Below are positions 15,351-27,613 of a stretch of DNA of 64,000 bases, piece after piece (the first letter of the stretch is position 1; each line of letters begins with the position of its first letter). The stretch is from contig CAXIUT010000078.1 of NCBI GenBank assembly GCA_964035545.1, positions 1 to 64,000 on the forward strand, read 5' to 3'. The notes below the pieces were generated by a model that was not told the DNA's origin, did not search any database, and saw only the letters and a list, made by a program, of their open reading frames with translations. A program made the translations under genes and the position numbers. The stretch comes from Bugula neritina. Lineage: Eukaryota; Animalia; Bryozoa.

Positions 15351-18283
15351 ATGGGTTGTTGTGCAAATTCAAATTAAAACGTAGCTAGTGCTCCTCAGAC
15401 TACCTTTAGTCCTACTGATAGCTCAAAGCCGTTCCTATAAGTAAGTGAACTCTCATAAGCCAATCAAAAATTTAAATAGGAACGTTATGAACAGGCAATT
15501 GGTCCTTACAAACACTATATTGAGAGGAATGTTGGGGACAAAAATCAACAAGATTGATGGAGTGGGCCAGACAGAATAGAGTTTGGGATACTATGAATGG
15601 TATGTATCTAAGTGGTACATTGAACAGATCAAAAACGGATAGTTTGTAGGGACAGTCTATGATGCTCTTTCTCTTTGTTTCAAGGTCTGAAAAGTGACTA
15701 AGTGATAATAGCTAATGGAATTGAATGGTATCGGAAGATGACTGATGAATATCCCTAAAATGTTGGCATATTGATGGGTTACGCAAACATTCTTAATAAC
15801 AAAGGTGACTTTGAAGAAGCTATTAACTACTATGAAAGAGTTGCTGAACTGAATCCTAATGGGTTGGACCTCTCTAAACTTTAGCTTTAATATATGAGTA
15901 CAAAAGGATTTCTAAAAAGAATCAATTGAGATGAGCAATAAGATTCTATAATTAGAGCCTAATAATAGAATAGCTTTGTTTGTATTATCTAGAAATGAAA
16001 AAACTCCTGAGGAAAAGATTTAAAAATTGAAAGTAGTAATGAAGCATCATCCAAAATATGCCAGAGCAGTCAATGAAATCGGTATTATAACTGGAGGAAC
16101 TTTAAAAGATTATAGAGAAGCTATTGGGTGGTATAAAAAAGCAATTGAGATAACTCCTGAATATGCTTCTTGCTACAACAATGTAGGAGTCAATCATGAA
16201 CTCTTGAGATAATAATAGTAAGCTATGGTATGGTATTTTCGAGGAATAGAGAGGAATAAATAATACAAAGCTCCTCATGCTAATCTGATTGATGTTTTCA
16301 AAAACTTTAAAATATGATGATCATCAGATAAAGAAAGAAATGGATAAGTATAATATCAAGATTGATTGGTTTTATTACTATATGGGTCTATCTCACTACA
16401 GTGCTAAAAACTACAGTGAATCAATCAGATATTATAACAAAGCATACGATTGTGCACAGGATATTAGATCAGAAATATATAAAATTCACAACTCAGTTGG
16501 AATTTCTTATGATGATATGATGTAAAATTAAAAAGCTCTTGAATACTATAGAAAAGCAATTGAAAGCAACCCTAAAATATCATAGTTCATATTATAACTC
16601 TGCTATTGTTTACAAAAGGCTTCAAAATATTGAAAAAGCAATTTAGTTGTATAAAAAAGCCATTGAAGTCAATCCAAAGTACAGTTATGCTTACAATAAT
16701 CTTGGTAATATTTATAAAACTGATTATAAATATGATGAAGCTATTAAATGTTATAAATAAGCTGTAAGACATTTAAGCACTTATACTTTAGCTTATGCTA
16801 ACTTAGGAATTTTGCTATCTTAAAGTACAAAATTATCGTGAAGCTTTTAATGCTATGGAAATGGCTAAATAGTGTCTTCCAACTGATAACAATAATCTAA
16901 GTGCAGTAATAAATCGTTTTTAAAACAAAACCTCAGTGAGTTTGAACAGTATGGAGAAACATGGAGGCAATATGGATCTATTCAAAGGATCAAAGATAAA
17001 AATTGAAAAACCTTATAAAAATATTTTAATCTAATTTCAGTAAAGTCTTACAGTTCTTAAGGAAAAGAGCCTGTTAATATCGATAAAGTGATGAAAAAAT
17101 AAATTCTATAAATAATTAAACTGGTTAAAGAAGATCAATTCTCACTTAAAAATATAGATAGTATTTTTTATTTAATAAAATACATTTTCTTTGATAATTA
17201 AGAATATTTTCATATCATTCCTCAACTTTTCGCTCAATATTTCATTCAAAATGTGTTTTAAAAGAAAAGACCAGTTCTAGATATTGAGAAATAACTTTTT
17301 TCGATATGTAAATAGTTATCAGCAAAAGCAGTTAAGACAATCAAAGTTAACCCCAGATGCAAATAATAGAAGTAGAAAGATAGTCTTTTCCATGAAATAC
17401 TTTGACCCTCCAACAAATAATAAAGTTGATTTATTCAAATAAACAAAAATACTTTGAAGATTATGCATAAATCTATAGTTAGATTATAAGAGTGAATTAA
17501 AAGGTTAAGGAGACTTATAAAGAGTATAAAGATTTAGTTTAATATGTAAAAAAAAGCATCATTTGGAACTTTGTTTGGAATAGGCACTAAAATTCCAGCA
17601 GATGAAATGCAGTAGTTCAAAGTTATTTTACGTATTTTTGAAAAGATGTTCAAGAGATAATTGGATGAAGAAAAAGTTAATTAAATCATTAAAAAATCGA
17701 TGCAACTCTTCATAAAAAGAGTGGATCTAAAAATGTTAGCACAAGTGAAGTTGTTCACGATATCATGGAAACTTGGACAGAATAAATTACACAAATAGTT
17801 AAAGCAAGGAAAGTAGATAAAATATAGACTAAGTGTGAAGTTAGTGATCTGCTAGAAGCAAAAATTATGTTTAATTCAGTTGATTGTTTGAAAAGAGCAG
17901 TCGATGCAGTAGATTAAATGTGTCATAGGAAAAAGTACAACATAATTTAGATGGATAATCGTCTGGCGAAGCAACAAACTCAAGATGTTGTGTTAAAAAT
18001 TCAGATCAAATAAACTGTTTGTGAGTTACAGCTTAGCGATGAAGCAGGATTAGACCCAATATCACTTTACTCACAGTATTTATGAAATAGAAAGATCTCC
18101 TTTAGGCTGCATTTTTGAAGCTACATCTTCCTGTCAAAGGGATTCAATTATCCTTTCTTCGAGAACTGCAAAGATATAGTTGAACATCTCAAAAAATAAG
18201 ATTCAAATTAAAATGAAGAGATTTTAAAGGCAGCAGAGTATATTGTAGAAACTTTAAAAGATGCTTAAGTATAGAATGATTGA
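15351..18283 (+). CDS. TPR-repeat protein with N-terminal MGCC acylation motif and C-terminal RelA/SpoT-like nucleotidyltransferase domain
   Basis: Multiple TPRs (e.g. AIGWYKKAIEITPEYASCYNNVG; KKAIEVNPKYSYAYNNLG); C-terminal K..R..EK, D-L-L-x-A-K-I-M-F, DNRL, ELQL, HSIYEIER; continuous coding composition with several homopolymer indels. Confidence 0.75.
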
Positions 18284-18360
18284 TTCTCTGATTACGATTT
18301 TAAGTATTCTTTATCAAAGAGGTTTATAATATATGATTATCATTAGATGGTATATTAGGA

Positions 18361-19114
18361 TCATGAAGGCTCTTAGTTTTTATTTTCTTAAATCTTGCCT
18401 TATTTTGTTTAAATTTCTTACTATTTAAAATTTTAACTTGATTAATGCATAATTTAATTTTATTTACAGTGATTTTTTAAATCTTCAGAAGTTTTCTTCT
18501 TTAATTTATTCTTTATTAGCAGTTTTTTATTGAACTCTCCTTTGAAATCTCTTCTTGTTCAACTATCTTAATGCTATTTTCAATATTTATTCCTTATTAT
18601 ACCATCAATTATTCTTCTTTTATATTTTCTCCTTCTCTTTCAACTTTTAATTAACTCTAATTATCTTTTTTATGAGGTTATTTCTTTTAAAATTTTGATT
18701 ATTTATCTTTCTGATTGATATTTTTAAATTTTTATACTTTTTCTACTCATATTGTTAGCCCATTCTTGGTTTAGTTTATCAATAGATTTGAGTTATTTTA
18801 TTGTTTTTTACATTTGTTAGATTATTATCTAATTTTTGTTTGTTTTTCTTTAACTTTATTTCAATGCTTTTGCCTTCTTCATCGCACAACTTTTATTGTG
18901 CAACTGTGAAAAATATAATCCAGTTGATGCTTCGTTAGCTATCATAATATTCCACTCAAGATAGTTTGTTTTGATTTATTGAATATAAGATAGCATTTTT
19001 TCTTTTGAATATGGTTCTCCTTAAAAAGCTGTAACTATATTTTTGGATCTAATTTTTGTTTTATTATTTAGCCTATGTTAGCTTATCTCTAAAAAACCCA
19101 AATAATTTCTTCAT
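18361..19114 (-). CDS. Hypothetical coiled-coil protein
   Basis: ATG 19114, K/E-rich frame ending in TGA at 18361-18363. Confidence 0.55.
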
Positions 19115-19197
19115 TTTTTACTATTTAATTAATTTAATTCATTTCTCATTGATATATTTAGAAAATTAAATCCATTTGATATTATTGTTTTATTTCA

Positions 19198-20169
19198 ATG
19201 AAGGATATATCAAAGGAAAGTATCATTCAAGCTCATGAAAGAATCAAACCATACATCCATAGAACCCCAATTTTATATTCAAAGACAATTACTTAGAAGG
19301 CAGGATGCTTAAGTTTTTGCTTAAAATGTTAAAAACTTTCAAAAGGTAGGAGCCTTCAAACCAAGAGGAGCCTTTAATAAAGTACTACAATTACCTAAAT
19401 AAACATCTTCAGTTTGTACTCATTCTAGTGGAAATCATGCTCAGGCTTTATCATTCGCTGCTTTGAATCTAAAAATTCCAGCATATATAGTTATGCCCCA
19501 AAATTCTCCTTTAGTAAAAAAGAAAGCAGTGAAGGGATATGGTGCAACTGTCATTGAATCAGGCAATACTCTTAAAGAAAGATAATAAACAGCACAAAAG
19601 TAATAAGATAGTACAAATCAACATTTATTCACCCATACAATGATATTTAAATCATTACTGGTCAAGCTACTGTGGCAAAAGAAGTATTTGAAGATATAAA
19701 AAGATTTAGATTATTTAGTATTTCCAATTGGAGGGAGGAGGATTAAGTAGTGGAAGCGTTCTTTCAACTAAATACTTTGGAGGGAAGTGTAGACCTATAG
19801 GAGTAGAACCATATCTTGCTAGAGATGCAAAATAATCTTTATAAAAGGGAAGTATTCAACCTCAGATGCCACCTATATCAATAGGCGATGGATTAAGAAC
19901 CAGTCTAGGTTCACTGACTTTCCCTATTTTAAAACAATTTTTAACCCCATAAGATGTGATATTAGTATCTGAATAGGAAATAATTGAGGGCAACTCAGTT
20001 GGTATTATAAAGAATGAAGATAGTAATATAGCCATCGTCAGCTACAGTTGTGGCTGCAGTGATAAAAGATAATCGATTTCGAGGTAAAAAAGTATGTTGT
20101 ATAATAAGTGGAGGTAATTTCGATATGTCCAACCAATTTGATCGACTTAAAAGTTTAGCTAAATTGTGA
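19198..20169 (+). CDS. Serine racemase / threonine dehydratase family PLP enzyme
   Basis: IHRTP, KCENFQKVGAFKPRGA, HSSGNHAQA, GQATVAKE, PIGGGGL, GDGL, IEPSSA, ISGGN; ends AKL; four homopolymer indels. Confidence 0.9.
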
Positions 20170-20212
20170 TCTGAATAAAGTTATTAAAAATAAAATATAA
20201 ATAAATTTAAGA

Positions 20213-21510
20213 ATGGATCCTTCTGTTTCCATATAAAGAGAAAAAATAACTTTGGAGCTGAAAATATTTGCTTTCTCTTCAAGATATAGCAACAACAGAA
20301 CAGACTCTTTAAGTTTTAAACAAATTATATCCATTTAGTTAGAGTCCTCTCAAGAAATTACCTCCTCTTTAATTACAAGAATTCTAGCCTATGCAAATAA
20401 TTGCACCTTGTCTTAAAACAATTCTTTAATCTTATGTATTAATAGTCTTATTAGGAAAAGTTAGGGCTCAAAAAAACAATTATTGTGTCGATGAGCAACG
20501 ATTGGTTGATGATTAAATAAAATAAAAATTAGTCTATAATTTTGATGAAGGATAAACTTAAATAATAGCTCTTTAGTCTCCAGTTACTTTACTCAAAGTA
20601 CATAAAGTTTGGGTTAGAATCGCTCAACAATAAAAATATAAACCAATAAAAAAGATTACGTTAGAAGAAAACTATCTCAAATACCTTTTTTTCAAAATCT
20701 TCCTTTTTAATAATTCAATAAAGTACTAAAGGTAGCCCCAATTAAATTCAATTGGACCAGGATAAACTCTGATTGAAGAATGTACGACTCCTTATAATAT
20801 GTATGTTGTGACAGAAGGAGAATTAGTTCTTCATAAAAGGTCAAATTTCCTCAAGAAGGAGGAAATCTGGAAATAACTACAACTTAGTCTTCAAAAAAAA
20901 GATTAATTTTCTTAAGAACTTTTTGAGTATATGGTAAGATAGCCTTCTTCTAAAACAAAAACTTTCTAAGTTACTTTTTAGATAGGAATATTAGGCTAGG
21001 GAGCTAAATTCTGTGGGAACATAAACTCTTAATTAATTACCTCTAGGCTATTCAATTATTTCATCTTTAAAGACTAAATATGTCACAATTAAGTATCCAG
21101 ACCTCTATGTTTTGGAACAAGAACAGTTAAGTGAAATTAGAAGCTGGCCTACCCGTGAAATAGACAAAAAACAGTTGAGAAGACAGTATTATTATTAAAA
21201 AAATTGGGAAGAATATAAACAGTATCTTGTTCAAGATCAATAATTAAGCGAACTTGAAGCCAAAAAACATTTGATGATGTCTTAAGAAAAGAAGTAGGAT
21301 TGTCCAATGAAAAAGTATTCATATGCTTCGGGAAAAGTAGGATAAGGGTTTATTGTAGATTCTCCTGCAGGAAAAATGAATAGAGTCAAATAGATGACCT
21401 TTAAAAAAATGATATCTTCAGTGATTTTTCAAAATAATTTCTTTTAGTTTTTTCATTTTAAGAATCTATTTATGTTAGTTCAAATATTTTATATAAACAG
21501 TTTAAGCTGA
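20213..21510 (+). CDS. Cyclic-nucleotide-binding (cNMP) domain protein (3' end approximate)
   Basis: PGETLIEECTTPYNMYVVTEGEL and GILGEGAKFCG fit the CNBD beta-roll pattern. Confidence 0.6.
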
Positions 21511-21535
21511 AATAAAGTTATTATTTTTTATTATT

Positions 21536-22949
21536 ATGGAGAAAGATCCTGAACCCTCTAAAGAACCAACTAGCAATTAAACTTAAAAATCGAAACCATC
21601 TCAATAAGAGAAGGAATCAAGAGCAGCTCAGAAAAAAGCTCTACTTGGAAAGTTACTCAGAGGTAGAAGAGAAAAAGAAGCTGATGATTTATTGGAATAA
21701 CTTATAGCAGATTAAGAAGAAACAATCAATGGATTTAAACTTTGTAAATTCGGTGCTTTCTGTCTGCAAGCTTCAGACCTTGAAAGGGCTTAAAAACTTC
21801 TCTTAAAAGGCCAAGAGATCATTGAAAAAAGATTCGGAATTTACACCAATGGCTATATGAATCTAGGGAATCTCTGGGCACAAAGAAAAAATTATCAGAA
21901 AGCAATTGATCATATTAAAAAGTACTAGCTCTTTCCCCTCATAGAGATCCAAAAGAATGCGGAGATAAAGATCAAGTACTCTTTTCAAAACAGCTTAATT
22001 CCTTCAATGCTCTTGTTGATGCTCATACAAACCTGGCTGTAATGTATGTACAGTTAGATTAATTCGAAAAAGGCTTCGGTTTTTGTAAAAAGTCTTTATA
22101 ACTAAAACCTGAAGATTCTGAATCTCAAATTAACTTTACTGATATTTTAAGGCAACTTGGTAAGAAAGAATAAGCAATTGCTCATTCATGGAAGCAAATA
22201 TAAGATTATAGTCACAAAAATGGTCTTCCTGATTATAAAGCTCCAGCAAAAATTCAGATAAACTCTTGGAAAGCCAGCTGAAAATCATGAGATACCAAAA
22301 TAGTAACAAAAGATATCTATTTTAACTGTAAAATGGGGGACAAGATACAATGCAGACTATGTTAATAAGCTATATATGGGTATTCTTAGAAACACTACAT
22401 GGAAAATGACATTCTATTGTTTTACTGATGATGGAAATGGACTACACCCCTGATATTAAAGTATAAAAGCTCTAAGAGGGTTGGAAGAGATGGTGGGGGA
22501 AGGTTACTCTCTTCAATGTGTCTATTCCTGGGAGGAAGTTTTATATAGATTTAGATATGATTATTACAGGAAGTCTTGATAAAATGTTTGCTTACGACGG
22601 TTAGTTTACCATCTTGAGGACAGGAGATCTAGCTTGTTAGAAGAATCACAAAGATGGATATAATAGTTCTGTCATGATTTGGAGTGGAGACCATTGAAAT
22701 CGGTTTATGAGCATTTGAAACAAAATTTTGATGTGATAACTAAATTTATTGTTCGTTTCGATTTCTGGTTAGAAATGACGATTGCTAATGCTGATTTCGT
22801 CCAGGAAGTATACCCTAGGGCTGTAATTGACTTCCTTGCAGATGCAAAGGAAAACTTTACCTAAGGAAAGTTCTGTTGTCTGTTTTGCTCGTAAACCTAA
22901 ACCTGAAGATTATCCAGCTTAGTGGATCAAAGAGTACTGGGTACTGTGA
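21536..22949 (+). CDS. TPR repeats fused to a GT-A (DxD) glycosyltransferase
   Basis: TPRs (NGYMNLGNL, DAHTNLAVMY), then VKWGTRYNADYVNKLY, FYCFTDD, WWGKVTLF, YIDLD, YNSSVM, CFARKPKP. Confidence 0.8.
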
Positions 22950-23191
22950 TTACATAGAACATAAAAAAATATATTTTTTCGTCAATATTATAGGCGTTGT
23001 GAATTAACTACGCCTAAATAAATTATAAATTAATATTTATAATATGCTAAGAGTTATTTTCATGAAGATTCTTTTGATTTTGTACCCAAGAATATCAAGA
23101 GAATAAAATAGAAAAATATCATCATAAATTAAAAAACAAATTTTTATTTTAAAGATGTGAATTTAAAAGAAGGTAAAAGAATATAAATTGA

Positions 23192-24491
23192 TCATTATTC
23201 TTCAATGAGGCTTTAGCCTTCCTTAACTTTAGGGGCAAGATCAGATAAATTTATCGATACTCTACTGATAAATACTTGAACTGCTACGATAATAGTAAGA
23301 AAAACCCAAGGAGGTAGGTCTTCTAATACTATGTTCAAAAATATGGTTGTCATTATTCCCACACAAAAACAAATTCGATATAAACTATATGATTCTACTC
23401 GACCGGGATAAATTTTACCCATTATTGCTTCTGTATTGATCTGAAAGAAAGTATCAGCTCCTCCCCATAAAGCTGATACCGCAAAACACATCCCATAACT
23501 TTTCAAAAAGTAACAGATAATTGACAAAAATGCTGCTACTTATATTATCAATGTTCCAGTTACTGCTAATTTAAACTTGCAGTATTACTCAGCAAATCGA
23601 TTCATGATGAAGCCTGTAAAGACTTGTGTACAACCTAGAGCAAGAAAAACTAATCCTGAGTGAAAGTTTATTCTCTGGCTATAGTCATCATGAGACTAAT
23701 ATGTTTATTGGGGGAGAGAGAAGCCAACCAACTTGGATACAAAGGACACATAGAATCCTACAGTTAGACCTGGAAGAAAGATATAAGCGACTAAACTTAA
23801 ATTTTTTGGATCTTTTATCATATTTAGACATTTGTTGATTTCATTTTTGATAATAATTTCTTCTTTTTTTTCTTATTTTTAAAGTTCAGGCAAAAATAAT
23901 AGCAAGCAAGAAGAAATAACTTAATATTTTAAAAATACATCCTAAAATGGTCAATACTGTAAAATAAGCAAACATTTCCAATAATTCCTAGAACAAAGGT
24001 GGTTAAAAGGGCAGCTGTTATTTGAGATGACATTGATATGCTCCAAAAAAGACCAAATAGTTATGTTTTTCGACTAGATCCTGCAACCTAGCTGACATAA
24101 TAGCCTTGTGCAACCCAAAGCATGGCTGCAAACATACCGCAAATGGCAGCTCCTAGAATTACAAGAATCCATCCTAAGATAATCGGCAATATCTATCCAA
24201 AGGGCTAAAGTGAGTCCTGCAATTTAGTAGATAACATAACCTAAGGAGCTAAAGAACATAGTTTTTTTAAAACCATACTTATTGATAATGTAAGACGTGA
24301 AAAAAGTGGTCAAAGCGTAGAATAAAAAGAGGACAATAATTGATATTTTATCCCAGATTATTATAGCCATAGTCTTTGTAGAGTTTTGAAACTATATTTT
24401 TGAGAGAGTTGAATGCAGTAAACATCAGCTGGAATACTACTGACAAAAAGACTACTCTGAGGGTTTGCTGCCTATGTGTTAGCTATATCAT
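23192..24491 (-). CDS. UNC-93-like MFS membrane protein
   Basis: MFTAFNS.KN, AAICGMFAAMLWVAQG.Y, GLFWSI; multiple TM helices. Confidence 0.8.
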
Positions 24492-24551
24492 TATGATCGA
24501 TTTATCTTTAATAAATTTAAAAATGAAAATATTCAAAAATTAACATTTAAT

Positions 24552-25391
24552 TCACTTTGTTTCCAAATATTCACTCTATGTGTGTTACCGCCAAAGGCTG
24601 CAAGTGGTTGTCTCTCTACTTTTATGAATTTTATCTATCACATGTCCTATCCTTGATTCAGCTAAGGAAGATTTCTGTAATCTTATAACTTAATTCTTTC
24701 CTAAATAGTTATTCACCTTTTATCGATATCTCTAGGTTTTTTACCATTCATTCATAAGAGTTTTTTGTTTTTATTACACTTTTTAACGAAGACTTTTAGT
24801 TGTCCTTCTTGATTTGATTGTTGTTTTTAAACTTCTATTAGGAAATACTACACTCTAAGCCATAGCTTAGTTCGGTAAAAACATTGATCCCTATGGATGA
24901 ATTGTTAATTTGGTTAACTGTAGTTCTAATCATAGTTGATTTAAGGTCATTTTGATCTTTTATTTTAGACTGAGTAGCATTTGCTAGTCTACTTTGGGCT
25001 ACCTTACTTTAAGCTTTCGATCTGAAACCAAACAAACTGGTTGTGCTCGATGTTAGGGCTGAGTTCCTGTACTCTTTTCCACTTTTGGTTGAAATGTACG
25101 ACTCAGTTTACATTTATTTTCTTTGTTTTTTTCATTTTTAGGTAGTTAACAGTTCAGTAACAAGTCCTGATACTTAGGTTGGGTAAGAGCTTTGAGTCTA
25201 AATGACTGAGAGGTTCTGTTTTGATCGGAATGTTTTGCCATTCTGATTTATAATTTGCTTTATGTAGAGTTAAATTGTTTAACCTGGTCTTCTAACTTGT
25301 CGATGTGAGTATTGAACTTGGCAACTAACTCTTTAGGAGGTTGAATTCTTTTGGCATAAGACTTTACTAGAGACTGGTTGGAATTTTGCAT
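24552..25391 (-). CDS. Hypothetical protein (paralog of 58317-58891)
   Basis: ATG 25391; comparison with the second copy shows mostly synonymous differences; 1-nt deletion near 25097. Confidence 0.6.
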
Positions 25392-25543
25392 TGCTAGTAT
25401 CAAATAAATATATTGCTTAAAATTAATTCTATGTTAAGAAGTAAGTTTTACTTTCATTTAGTATTTTTATCAAGAATAAGAAATATTTCCATTGATTAAA
25501 TTTGGATAAAATTGATTGTTTTGATTTATAAAACTTATTGATA

Positions 25544-26398
25544 TGACTACAGCCAATTTTAGAGTGAAGTTTGGAAATCCAAACTCCAATAGTGAGCCTT
25601 CATTCTTTTCAATAAGTGCTGAGGTTCAAGAAGAAAAGGTAAATTTGTTTCTAGCTAGATAGCAGCTCATTACTAAAGATACTCAAAGACTCTAAAAAAG
25701 TATCGATTACCTTTGGTAGTGATGGAATTGCCAAGTTAATTTGAGAAACTTGAATACACTATACTAGATACTGTTCTTGATGGTAAAGTAATTACTTAAA
25801 AATTGGTTAAAGAAGAAAAAGTTTTTAATATGTATGAAAGTAAACCTCCAGATCAAATAATGATGTTGAAAAAGATGGAAAAGCTTTTTGAAAAATTAAC
25901 AACACTCAACAACTCTCTCAACATCAATTTTACTATCTTCGATATAACACAAAAGCAATAAATACTAAAAATAAATAATTCTTAGTTTTGTGCTTTGATA
26001 CTATAAAACCTACTAATCTAGGCTACTCTTGATCTTGATCATAACTTCGTAAAAATGGCTGGATAGCTAGTGGCAAAAATATCTCCAGGTTTTGATCAAT
26101 CTCCTATTATTGGTTTTCTTTAACTTTTCCAAGAAGCTGACCTCAACCTTTAGTAATTTAAAATTTACATAGATTTTAGGCTCCTTCCATTTTGAAACAT
26201 TAAACTCGCTAAAAAGTATTGTCAGAACTTATTGAATACGAAGAACCTGCTGAGTTGGGAAATGATCAATAAAAATTAATAAATAAGATGATGGAGTGCT
26301 AAGAAAAGGTGACTCTATATGTTCATTTTGGAAAACTTGGATATATTGAAATGACTGGAGAAGCTAGAATCTGGGCATTCCTCCTTTGCATTGCATGA
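25544..26398 (+). CDS. Hypothetical protein
   Basis: ATG, 20-nt intron 25639-25658, coding-like to TGA 26396-26398; indels present. Confidence 0.55.
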
Positions 26399-26498
26399 TT
26401 TGTACCTTTATAGAGCTACTTATGATAAACAATAAATTATACTTAAGAAACTATTTTGTTCTTTTATCTAAGACAGTGAATACATATGATGATAGATA

Positions 26499-27478
26499 TC
26501 ATAAATCTTGAAGGCTGACAATGATGTTATAATTCCATGGATGTTCTTTGATGGAGATAGACTAATCAAATATTTTGCCATTGTTAGTGTTATTGTTTTG
26601 AATTACTATTTATCCATCTTCTAGACGAACTCCAATTGTTTATCCTTCTTCTATTGTGAGGGAACTGGTCATAGATCGATTGAATTGGCACACTTTTCTT
26701 GGATTTATAATCTCTAATTGATCTTGACTCAATGTTAAAGATTATTTTTATTTTGATGGAATAAAATCAACTCCTATGATAACTTTTTCACATCTTAGCT
26801 GATTGATTTTAATGGCAAGAGTTCTACCTTGTAGATCTTATAGTTTTACTGGAAAAGTTTAAAAGGGTTTATCATGATTGAGGGTATACTATACTTATGA
26901 TCTACATTAATCTATTAATACTATTGATTTTCAAGAGTGAAAACTAGCTAATTGGTATATTTTCCTGTAACCCTTTTTTATGTTTTATTCTGAGGTCTTC
27001 TTGAATTTTATCTGGTTTATTTGTTTTATTTGAAATAAGATTTGACATGTTTTTATATTTTATTGATGAATTTAGTTTTAAAGGTGTTGTAAGATTATAT
27101 TTTATGGTTAACATATTCAAGGTCTTTTTAATTGATGACTTTTACTTTATAGACAGGAATTTGTTCTTCATCAATGCATCCATTTTAGTTGATGATAATA
27201 AAATTAACTGTCTATCCATTGAATTTCACTGTTTCTTCTGAATTGTTCTAAACATCTTTCTTTTTTATAATGCTTTTGAAGAATTGTCCTAAACTATCAA
27301 AATGTGCAAAACAGTAATTATCATCTAGATCTATTTCGAAGGAGGCAGTTTGAAGTCCCTTTGGGGTAAGTTAAATATGCAAAGAAGATGAAGTGTAGCG
27401 TTACCTTTTATTCACCACTTGCCTGAAGTCTACAGACACCTAGTAGTTGTTGCAGTTGAAGTGCGCTCTTTTATTCAT
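26499..27478 (-). CDS. Hypothetical protein (3' end approximate)
   Basis: Long frame MNKRAHFNCNNYEVSVDFRQ... Confidence 0.5.
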
Positions 27479-27537
27479 GGATAATTTATTTATAATTTAA
27501 ATTGGCTCATTGAAATAAATATATTCTAATCTACATA

Positions 27538-27613
27538 GGGGTTGGGGTTGGGGTTGGGGTTGGGGTTGGGGTTGGGGTTGGGGTTGGGGTTGGGGTTGGG
27601 GTTGGGGTTGGGG
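27538..27613 (+). repeat. Internal (GGGGTT)n telomeric tract 2
   Basis: Perfect 76-nt G4(T2G4)12. Confidence 0.97.

Noticed and set aside
15557-22700. In-frame TGA as selenocysteine or Trp
   Set aside because: Apparent internal TGAs coincide with nearby indels where homology resumes in another frame; conserved Trp positions use TGG; no SECIS seen
13400-25400. Programmed ribosomal frameshifting or mass pseudogenisation (many frame breaks, e.g. racemase near 19331, 19733 and 19990; TPR genes)
   Set aside because: Breaks occur in both directions, mostly in homopolymers, with no shared slippery-stop motif. The duplicate copy at 58.3 kb lacks the 25097 indel, and many genes elsewhere are intact. 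Long-read consensus error is the simpler explanation; short-read polishing would settle it
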